A stretch of DNA of 64,000 nt, taken from assembly GCA_043754535.1 (NCBI GenBank), contig JAYUUN010000048.1, forward strand, positions 64,484-128,483. The letters are read 5' to 3'. Position numbers and translations under genes: made by a program. The stretch is from Chloroflexota bacterium. Lineage in GTDB: Bacteria > Chloroflexota > Chloroflexia > QHBQ01. The first letter of the stretch is position 1. Every line of letters starts with the position of its first letter. The notes under the pieces were generated by a model, which was not told the origin of the DNA, did no database searches, and saw only the letters and a list, made by a program, of their open reading frames with translations. Shown piece after piece: positions 48,446-55,688 of this stretch.

Positions 48446-48985
48446 TCAACCCTCCTCCATTGTGCCTTCCATCTGGGGGAGGCCGACTGCGCTTAGTTGT
48501 GCGACGATCAATTCTACCGACGGCAGATCATTTTTGTCGCTGCTGACGTAGGCCCAGCGGATTATGCCCGCCTGGTCGATCAGGAAGGCAGCAGGGTGTG
48601 TGGTTTGCGCCCCCATGCGGCTGACGAGCAGCGCACCGAGGGCAAAGCTGTGAACCAGCCCATAGCTGGTGATCACTGTCATGGTGGAGTCCAACAAATA
48701 GGGGTAGCTGATCGGTTCGAGGCGAAAGTAGCTAGCTACAATGTCGGCTCGCTGGTGCGCCACCCCCGCCAGTTGCAGGCCACGTTGCAGGAGGTCTTCG
48801 TAGCTGCTCTCCAACACCCTCATGTAGCTGCGGCACTCGGCGCACCAGGTGCCACGAAAGAAAAAGAGCAGTAGTGGCCCATGCCTTAGCATCTCTGCCA
48901 GGCTGTACTGCCCTCCCTTGAGACTGGGTAGGCTAAAGGCCGGGGCGGGGTCGCCCACCTGCAATTGGCTGTCAACCTGCGGCAT
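48446..48985 (-). CDS. thioredoxin-fold CxxC protein, PRX-like2/AhpC-TSA family, paralog 2
   Basis: FFRGTWCAECR and VAHQRADIVASYFRLEPISYPYLLD. The start overlaps paralog 3 by 14 nt. Confidence 0.8.
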   Translation of the reverse strand: MPQVDSQLQVGDPAPAFSLPSLKGGQYSLAEMLRHGPLLLFFFRGTWCAECRSYMRVLESSYEDLLQRGLQLAGVAHQRADIVASYFRLEPISYPYLLDSTMTVITSYGLVHSFALGALLVSRMGAQTTHPAAFLIDQAGIIRWAYVSSDKNDLPSVELIVAQLSAVGLPQMEGTMEEG

Positions 48986-49520
48986 GATCTACCTTTGGCG
49001 CAGCGGCTGGGCGGTCGAAACCCGCCAACGCGATCTGCTCAGCAATCTCGTCACTGTCGGGCCGATCACTAACCTCGCTACCGACATAGAGCCAGCGGAT
49101 CGTTCCCTTTGGGTCAAGCAGCAGCACCGCTGGGTATGCCGTGCGCGGGCTGCGACTGTAGGCCACTTCCTCGGCTGGCACGCTGTCCACCAGGCCGTAG
49201 TTAGTGATCACCTTCAGGTCGCTGTCGAGTAGGTAAGGGTAGCTGATCGGTTCGAGCCGAAAGTAGCCGCCCACGATCTCAACCCGCTGATGAGCAATCG
49301 CCACCAATTGCACCCCTGCTGCCTGGTAGCTGGCGTAGTTGCGCTCTAGCATCTTGAGGTAGGCCCGACAGGTGGGACACCAGGTGCCGCGTAGGAAGAC
49401 CAAAAGCAGAGGGCCAGCCGCGAGCAGCGTTTGTAGCTGCTGGCTCTGGCCCGCAATATTAGGCAGAGTGAAGGCAGGTGCCTGCTCACCCACGTGCAGC
49501 TTTGTCATCTCCTGCGGCAT
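48972..49520 (-). CDS. thioredoxin-fold CxxC protein, PRX-like2/AhpC-TSA family, paralog 3
   Basis: FLRGTWCPTCR and IAHQRVEIVGGYFRLEPISYPYLLD. The ATG lies 2 nt after the paralog 4 stop. Confidence 0.8.
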   Translation of the reverse strand: MPQEMTKLHVGEQAPAFTLPNIAGQSQQLQTLLAAGPLLLVFLRGTWCPTCRAYLKMLERNYASYQAAGVQLVAIAHQRVEIVGGYFRLEPISYPYLLDSDLKVITNYGLVDSVPAEEVAYSRSPRTAYPAVLLLDPKGTIRWLYVGSEVSDRPDSDEIAEQIALAGFDRPAAAPKVDHAAG

Positions 49521-49522
49521 GA

Positions 49523-50092
49523 TCAGCCTTCCTGGTAGCGTGACGGCTGCTCGGTAGTGGGCAGGTAGATAACTCCAGCAGTAGACAAGCCGGTGTTTAG
49601 CACCTCTTGCTCTATCTGTTCGCCAGTTGGCAGGTCGCCATAATCCTCACCAATATACTCCCAACGGATCAATCCTGCATGGTCAAGAATAAAGACCGCT
49701 GGGTAAGTGGTGTGGCTAGTGCCACTCTTGAGTACGTCTTCTTCTTCGGGGTGTTCGATGCTCAGGCCGTAGCTGTCTATTACCCGCCGCTCTGTATCGA
49801 GCAGGTAGAGGTAGTTGACTGGTTCGAGGCGGAAGTAGCCAGCCACGATGTCTGCCCGCTGGTGCGCGATGCCAACCAGTTGCAGACCGCTAGCCTTAAT
49901 ACGGGGCAGGCGGTGTTCTAGCATCCGCATATAAGCACGACAGGTACCGCACCACGTACCGCGAAAGAAGACCAGCACCAGCGGCGCGCTAGCCAGGAGG
50001 GTATTGAGTTGGTGAGGATGCCCACTTATATCCTTCAAAGTGAAGTCGGGGGCATGATCGCCAAGCCGCAGTTTTGTTTGGATTTGTGGCAA
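49523..50092 (-). CDS. thioredoxin-fold CxxC protein, PRX-like2/AhpC-TSA family, paralog 4
   Basis: FFRGTWCGTCR and IAHQRADIVAGYFRLEPVNYLYLLD. I propose the TTG at 50092 (giving MPQIQTKL, like the other paralogs; GGAGG 9 nt upstream) over the track start at 50167. Confidence 0.75.
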   Translation of the reverse strand: MPQIQTKLRLGDHAPDFTLKDISGHPHQLNTLLASAPLVLVFFRGTWCGTCRAYMRMLEHRLPRIKASGLQLVGIAHQRADIVAGYFRLEPVNYLYLLDTERRVIDSYGLSIEHPEEEDVLKSGTSHTTYPAVFILDHAGLIRWEYIGEDYGDLPTGEQIEQEVLNTGLSTAGVIYLPTTEQPSRYQEG

Positions 50093-50189
50093 CTTCCTGT
50101 GCCTCCAATAAGATAAGCTGTATAGCATCCACTCTGAATCCGACTGTCTATCTGCTTTGTACCGCACACTTAGAGCTAGCAGGTTTGTG

Positions 50190-50305
50190 CTAGGTGTTGC
50201 TCGTTACTGGCTGGTCGCTGATAAGTAGCTGGCGGATATGTTCTGCAATCTGTTCACCACTGGGCAAATCATCGTAGCTGTTGCCTATGTACCGCCAGCG
50301 GATCG
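50190..50305 (-). pseudogene. C-terminal remnant of a fifth PRX-like2 paralog
   Basis: It translates to IRWRYIGNSYDDLPSGEQIAEHIRQLL..., which aligns with LIRWEYIGEDYGDLPTGEQIEQEV of paralog 4. An in-frame TGA lies two codons upstream and no N-terminal part is present. Confidence 0.7.
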
Positions 50306-50336
50306 ATCACTCGATGCTATTGTACTTCTTCCTGAC

Positions 50337-51080
50337 CTACTTTGTCAACCCAGTGGCGGCTACTTCGTCTAGCATGAAGATCAGCTTGCCCGCTTGGGGG
50401 GCAACCAACTGTGAGGGGTAGAGGTCAGAATTGACCGCACCCTCAAGCACTTCGCGCACTGCTGCTGCCTTATCTGCGCCCGCAACCAGGAAGACCACGC
50501 AGCGGGCGGCATTGATCAGGGGAGCAGTGAAGGTCAATCGCTCCACTGCTAGCTTCGGCACGTAGTTGGCAACCACGAGGTCGCTGCTGTTGTGCAAGGC
50601 AGCGGTGCCAGGAAAGAGGCTGGCGGTGTGGCCGTCCGGCCCCATGCCGAGGAGGATCAGGTCGAAGCTGGGGAACTCGCCCACGCCCTTGTGAAAGTAG
50701 CCACGTAGCTCCTCCGCATAGGCGGCAGCCACCTGCGCTGGCGTACCAGTTTCGGTCAGGTAGCGGTGGATGTTTTCGCGCTCGATTGGCACCTCCGCCA
50801 GACCCTCTGCGGCCAGCTTGTAGTTGCTGTCCGGGTGGTCAGGAGGAACAGGCCGTTCATCGCCCCAGAACAGGTTGATTAGCGACCAATCTAGCTGCGT
50901 CTTGTACTCTGGGCTACTGAGGAAGCGGTAGAGGGCTTTGGGTGTGCTGCCGCCAGAGAGGGCAACGTTGAAGGGGCTGTCTTCACTGGTTTGGGTCGCA
51001 GCAAGCTGGATGAACAACTTTGCTGCCGCCTCTGCCACTGCGTCCAGGTCTTTGTATACCTGTACTTCTCTATCTGCCAC
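50337..51080 (-). CDS. pgl: 6-phosphogluconolactonase
   Basis: LSGGSTPKALY, WGDERPVPPDHPDSNY and LLGMGPDGHTASLFPG. Confidence 0.92.
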   Translation of the reverse strand: MADREVQVYKDLDAVAEAAAKLFIQLAATQTSEDSPFNVALSGGSTPKALYRFLSSPEYKTQLDWSLINLFWGDERPVPPDHPDSNYKLAAEGLAEVPIERENIHRYLTETGTPAQVAAAYAEELRGYFHKGVGEFPSFDLILLGMGPDGHTASLFPGTAALHNSSDLVVANYVPKLAVERLTFTAPLINAARCVVFLVAGADKAAAVREVLEGAVNSDLYPSQLVAPQAGKLIFMLDEVAATGLTK

Positions 51081-52338
51081 CGCGCACCCCCTTGTCTACC
51101 TTCTTTGTGCCAGTAGTACTGCTCATCCAAACTGCCATCTGCAAGGCCTGCTCGAAGGCAGAGTCGTGGCCGAGATTGCCGAGCGCATTACCAACCAGTT
51201 GCGCCCAGGCTTGCTTACCCAGTGGCACGACGCGCTCGATCCTGTTCTGGCCCTGCACCTCAATGATAGTACGGATGTGTTCGGCTGGCGGTTTGCTACC
51301 ATCGGCCTGCGGTTGCTCGTCGAAGGCGATCCTCTCCAGGGTGAAAGTGGCCGCCACCCCGTTGTAGCTTCCCTCCATTACTACTTCGGCAATATCGCCC
51401 GCCCAGATGTTGTCGGCGGCAGTAGTCAACACCCCGGCGTAGAGTTGGCTGCCAGTGCTAGAACGCAAGGTGATCGCCGAATTGCCACTCTCCTGCGGGC
51501 TGATCTCGCTGGGCCGCCAACTCATCTTGTCGCTCAGCCACCCCAGGTAGAGCAGAGCCTGGCAGGGGTTGAGCGGGCGGTCATCCTGAACTACGTAGCG
51601 CACAGTAATTTTGCTCAGGTTGGGCAGGTATGAGCGCAGGCTGGGCGAGTCGAAGACCTGGGCGGTCAGTTGCCGCCAGGTGAGCAAGCGCAGCCAGTTG
51701 AGGTCGGTGATCGCTATCGATGGGTAGTCCTGCTCGTGCAGAGCTTCCAGGCGCACAAGATTGCTGTTCGGCTTGCCAAAGCGCATCGAGTCCACGATCA
51801 AATGGTCGGCACTTTGCAGCAGCGGGGTAAAGAGGGCCGGGTCAAGCGACCAGCCATCCGCTGCCAATGCGCCGCTCGGCCAGTCGGGCCAACCCAGGGC
51901 CACTGGCAGGTCGGAGGTGAGTAGGGGGATGACAGTGCCAGGCAGGATGGCGGCAGCATCGCCCCCACTAGCAGTGATGTTGATCTGTTCGCCGCAGACT
52001 GGCATCCCCCCACCGACTGGCAAGCGGCAGTGGGCGGCTACCGTCGCTTTGACCGTGCTTGCCCCTTCCCCACCCTCGTTGACCAGCAAGATAGCACGGC
52101 AGGGGTGCTTCATAGTCAGGTCTATGATCTGGCTGGTCAGCGGCTCAAGCTGCTGGCTGTTGCGGGCCATGACGATCAGGTTGAGAATACTGAAGCGCAC
52201 CACTGCCTTACTCGGCTCTACCCCCGTGCGGGCTGCTGCCCACAACGCAGTCAACTCACGGTCAATAGAGCGCGGGTCAACATCCAGCGGCGTACCGTTG
52301 ACAAAAGTCTGGAGCCTCTGTTCTTCCTGCGTGTTCAT
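51070..52338 (-). CDS. opcA: glucose-6-phosphate dehydrogenase assembly/allosteric protein OpcA
   Basis: Position between zwf and pgl. OpcA-like features include IDRELTALW, NLIV and HPCRAILL, with a C-terminal OpcA_G6PD_C-like half. Confidence 0.8.
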   Translation of the reverse strand: MNTQEEQRLQTFVNGTPLDVDPRSIDRELTALWAAARTGVEPSKAVVRFSILNLIVMARNSQQLEPLTSQIIDLTMKHPCRAILLVNEGGEGASTVKATVAAHCRLPVGGGMPVCGEQINITASGGDAAAILPGTVIPLLTSDLPVALGWPDWPSGALAADGWSLDPALFTPLLQSADHLIVDSMRFGKPNSNLVRLEALHEQDYPSIAITDLNWLRLLTWRQLTAQVFDSPSLRSYLPNLSKITVRYVVQDDRPLNPCQALLYLGWLSDKMSWRPSEISPQESGNSAITLRSSTGSQLYAGVLTTAADNIWAGDIAEVVMEGSYNGVAATFTLERIAFDEQPQADGSKPPAEHIRTIIEVQGQNRIERVVPLGKQAWAQLVGNALGNLGHDSAFEQALQMAVWMSSTTGTKKVDKGVRGGR

Positions 52339-52355
52339 CTTTACCTCCTGGGTCG

Positions 52356-53927
52356 CTAGGGCCGCCGCCAGACGAACCCATCACGACTGAGCATCTCGTG
52401 GGCCTCACGTGGCCCCCAGCTACCCGCTTCGTAGTTGGGGAACTGGGGGGGGGGCAGTACCTTCCAACCATCAAGGATCGAAGTGACGATGGTCCAGGCC
52501 GCCTCCACCTCATCGGCGCGAGTAAAGAGGGTGGAGTCACCCAGCATACAGTCCAGGATCAGCCGCTCATAAGCGTCGGCGGGCTGGGTGCCAAAGGCGG
52601 TGTTGTAGCGGAAGTCCATGTTGACTGACCGAATCTGCATTCGGGTGCTGGGTACCTTCGACTCGAACTTCATGCTGATCCCCTCGTCCGGCTGGATTTG
52701 CAGGGCCAGGATGTTGCGGTCAAGCTGCGTCACCCCAGAGTCGCGGAACAGCATCAGCGGCACCGGCTTGAAGGTGATCGCGATCTCGCTGCTGCGGACT
52801 GGTAGCCGCTTGCCAGTGCGGAGATAGAAGGGGACACCCTGCCACCGCCAGTTTTCGATAAACAGCTTCATGGCGACGAAGCTCTCCGTGTTGCTGGTCG
52901 GGCTAACCTTCGGCTCTTGGCGGTAGCCAGGTACTTGCTGGCCCCCACTGCTGCCCGGCCCGTACTGGCCGCGCACCACGCGCTCGGCTACCTCACGCGG
53001 GTCTAGCGGCTTGATCGAGCGGAATATCTTCACCTTCTCATCACGGATCGCGTCGGCCTCAAAGTCGCTGGGCGGCTCCATCGCGGTCAGGGCAAGCTGC
53101 TGCATCAGGTGGTTTTGTACCATATCGCGCAGTGCGCCTGCCCCTTCGTAGTAGCCAGCCCGCTCCTCTACCCCCAGCGACTCGGCAACGGTGATCTGCA
53201 CACTCTCAACGTAGCGGCGGTTCCAGATAGGCTCGAAGATCGTGTTGGCGAAGCGGAAGACGAGGATGTTCTGCACCGTCTCCTTACCCAGGTAGTGGTC
53301 GATACGGTAGGTCTGGCTCTCGTCAAAGACCTCATGCACCTTGCTGTTGAGGTGGCGGGCCGTTGGCAGGTCAGTGCCGAACGGCTTCTCGATGATGATC
53401 CGCGTCCAACCACTACCCGCCCAGTTCTGGCGGGCGATGCCAGCCGCCCCAATGTTGGCGATGATCTCCTCGTAGGTAGAGGGAGGAGTGGAGAGGTAGA
53501 AGACACGGTTGCCGCCCGTATTACGCTCGCGGTCAAGGTCACTGAGCAGGCTGGCTAGGGTCTCAAAGGCGCGCTCGTCGTTAAAGTCGCCTTGCACATA
53601 GTGCATCCCTTGCAAGATCGACTCCCAGGTACCCGGCTCCAGAGGGCGGCGAGAGAACTGCTTGATCGCCTCCTCCATCTCGGCCCGAAACTGCTCGTCG
53701 GTATAAGGCCGCCGCCCAAAGCCAACGATAGAGAAGCCGGGTGGCAGCAGGCGATCCACCGCCAGGTTGTAGAGCGCGGGGATCAGTTTGCGGTGGGCCA
53801 GGTCACCCGTCACGCCAAAGATCACCATCGCGCACGGTTCGGGCGTGCGTTGCAGACGCATCCCTTCCCACAGTGGGTTACTGGCTAGCTGTTCTTCAAG
53901 CAGCCCTGCCGCATTCAGCGTGGTCAT
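52356..53927 (-). CDS. zwf: glucose-6-phosphate dehydrogenase
   Basis: [25 protein letters not shown] and EKPFG motifs across the full length. Confidence 0.95.
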   Translation of the reverse strand: MTTLNAAGLLEEQLASNPLWEGMRLQRTPEPCAMVIFGVTGDLAHRKLIPALYNLAVDRLLPPGFSIVGFGRRPYTDEQFRAEMEEAIKQFSRRPLEPGTWESILQGMHYVQGDFNDERAFETLASLLSDLDRERNTGGNRVFYLSTPPSTYEEIIANIGAAGIARQNWAGSGWTRIIIEKPFGTDLPTARHLNSKVHEVFDESQTYRIDHYLGKETVQNILVFRFANTIFEPIWNRRYVESVQITVAESLGVEERAGYYEGAGALRDMVQNHLMQQLALTAMEPPSDFEADAIRDEKVKIFRSIKPLDPREVAERVVRGQYGPGSSGGQQVPGYRQEPKVSPTSNTESFVAMKLFIENWRWQGVPFYLRTGKRLPVRSSEIAITFKPVPLMLFRDSGVTQLDRNILALQIQPDEGISMKFESKVPSTRMQIRSVNMDFRYNTAFGTQPADAYERLILDCMLGDSTLFTRADEVEAAWTIVTSILDGWKVLPPPQFPNYEAGSWGPREAHEMLSRDGFVWRRP

Positions 53928-54048
53928 CTAGCAAACTCCCTCCTTCATGGCGCCGTCAAGATTGAGAACGGAAGTCCGCACCACAGTGTGCGCTCGTAGC
54001 ATGATGCCAATCTTGGTTGGTTCAGCTTACCACCGCTGATTTGATTGG

Positions 54049-54063
54049 GCATTTTGTGTGCCA
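54049..54063 (-). promoter_or_regulatory. sigma-54-type -24/-12 promoter candidate (cTGGCACacaaaATGCc) upstream of zwf
   Basis: GG and GC are spaced as in the consensus TGGCAC-N5-TTGC. The site is intergenic, in the correct orientation, and about 120 nt upstream of the zwf ATG. Confidence 0.3.
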
Positions 54064-54175
54064 GAAGTAGGAAATAGGAAAAAGGTTAAGGATAGCGGGT
54101 GAGGGAGGAAAAGAGGGGGCTGGTAGCAGCGCAAACTGCTTAACACATCAAACCTCCCATCTCTTGTACGCTCCT

Positions 54176-55162
54176 TTAGCTCTGCTCCTTAGCTGCGCCA
54201 CCGTCCAGGGTTGCCGGGGCGTGGCGTTCCTCAACGAACTGACCGCTCTCGTTCATCACCGCGTGGCCGCCAAACTGGTTGCGTAGGGCTGACAACACCT
54301 TTGCGGAGAACGACTCCGGCTGGCGGCTGCTGAAGCGGGCCATCAGGCTGAGGGTGATGATCGGGGCGGGTACGTCCTCGTCAATCGCTGCCTGCACCGT
54401 CCAGCGGCCCTCGCCGGAGTCTGGGACGAAGCCCTTGATCTCGGTCAGGTCGGTACCATACTGGTAGAAGGCGCGCTCAGCCAGTTCCAGCAGCCAGGAG
54501 CGTACTACGCTGCCGTTGTTCCAGAGGCGGGCGATCTGATAGAGGTCGAAGTCCGCGCCGTAATCCCGCGACTGCTTAAGAATCTCGAAGCCCTCACCGT
54601 ACGCCTGCATCATGCCATACTCAATGCCGTTATGCACCATCTTGACGAAGTGGCCCGCGCCGTGCAGCCCCATATAGCCGTAGCCGTTCTCTGGGGCCAG
54701 CGTCTTGAAGATCGGCTCGAAGTGGTCGAACATCTCCTTCTCGCCGCCGACCATGGTGGCGTAGCCGATTTGTAGTCCCCACACGCCGCCGCTCACGCCC
54801 GCGTCCATGTAGTGCAGGCCAGCAGCCTCTACCCGCACTTTGCGCGTGATGCTGTCGCGGAAGTTGGAGTTGCCACCGTCCAGGATGGTGTCTCCCTTGC
54901 TGAGTAGAGGGATCAGTGCGTCGATCTGGTCGTCCACCGGCTTGCCGCTCGGCACCATGATCCAGAGCAGCTTCGGCCCCTCCTTGAGGCTACCGACCAG
55001 TTCCTCCAGGGTGCGGGTAGCGGTGATCTCTGGGTGTTGGCTGCTGATCCCCTCGGTGACGCTGTAGGTGCGGTTGAAGGCGTAGACCTTGTGGCCGCCT
55101 TGCGCCAGGCGCACAACCATGTTGCCGCCCATTTTGCCCAGGCCGATAAATCCAATCTCCAT
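54176..55162 (-). CDS. gnd: 6-phosphogluconate dehydrogenase (decarboxylating), short-chain form
   Basis: IGFIGLGKMGGNM Rossmann motif, GGNSNFRDS, GVSGG and HNGIEYGMMQAYGEG. The ATG at 55162 has GAGGAGG upstream; the track start at 55273 is probably too long. Confidence 0.9.
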   Translation of the reverse strand: MEIGFIGLGKMGGNMVVRLAQGGHKVYAFNRTYSVTEGISSQHPEITATRTLEELVGSLKEGPKLLWIMVPSGKPVDDQIDALIPLLSKGDTILDGGNSNFRDSITRKVRVEAAGLHYMDAGVSGGVWGLQIGYATMVGGEKEMFDHFEPIFKTLAPENGYGYMGLHGAGHFVKMVHNGIEYGMMQAYGEGFEILKQSRDYGADFDLYQIARLWNNGSVVRSWLLELAERAFYQYGTDLTEIKGFVPDSGEGRWTVQAAIDEDVPAPIITLSLMARFSSRQPESFSAKVLSALRNQFGGHAVMNESGQFVEERHAPATLDGGAAKEQS

Positions 55163-55414
55163 TGCTTTAACTCTCCTCCTCGCGGTGGCGATCCATTGAT
55201 GTCGATCTGCTGAAGTATAGCACGAAAGCGCGCCCTGCGGCTGGGGGCTCCCCGCCACCGTTCTTGCTAGCATGGCACGTGCCAGCCCACGGCCCAGCCT
55301 CTATAACTGCCCTATTCTACCACAAAGCGGCTCTATCCGCATAGACTCCGATCAAATGTGCGTGTTTGCGCGGGTGACTAGCCTGAACCTGAGCAGCTAC
55401 CTTCTACAAGTCAG

Positions 55415-55442
55415 TTGACAAATACAAGAAGCGCGCTATAGT
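55415..55442 (+). promoter_or_regulatory. sigma-70-type promoter candidate (TTGACA-N16-TATAGT)
   Basis: Consensus -35 and near-consensus -10, about 70 nt upstream of the small ORF at 55514. Confidence 0.5.
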
Positions 55443-55513
55443 GAAGCTGGATGTGTAGCAAAGATGCTACGGTGGTGTGTAGTATCTTGAGCAAGCCACA
55501 AGGAGACAAGAAG

Positions 55514-55687
55514 ATGAGCATTCGCGTAGACGTGTATCTGGTCCTCAACCGCAACATCACCCTCGAACTAAACAGTTCCGCCGTAGATGGTGCCTGGCTG
55601 ATCGCCCCACCCGCCGAGATCAGCTACAGCAAGGAAGGCGTAGGCGATGTGGGTAGCCCACCCAGCGTGACCTTCACCATCGGCTGA
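55514..55687 (+). CDS. hypothetical small protein (57 aa)
   Basis: ATG with AAGGAGA 7 nt upstream and its own promoter candidate. No family was recognised. Confidence 0.4.
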   Translation: MSIRVDVYLVLNRNITLELNSSAVDGAWLIAPPAEISYSKEGVGDVGSPPSVTFTIG

Positions 55688-55688
55688 T

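Noticed and set aside
52441-52455. A G10 homopolymer inside zwf (encoding PPP), plus G/C 8-9-mers at 58291-58303, 58945-58952 and 31250-31257, considered as possible phase-variation tracts.
   Set aside because: They lie in essential or ordinary coding sequence as Pro/Gly codons. There is no evidence of frameshifted alternatives in the flanking frames, and no contingency-locus context.
55274-55283. A 10-bp perfect palindrome GGCACGTGCC upstream of gnd.
   Set aside because: It is short, GC-rich and single-copy in the window. With the revised gnd start it sits about 110 nt upstream with no partner site, which is too little support for an operator call.
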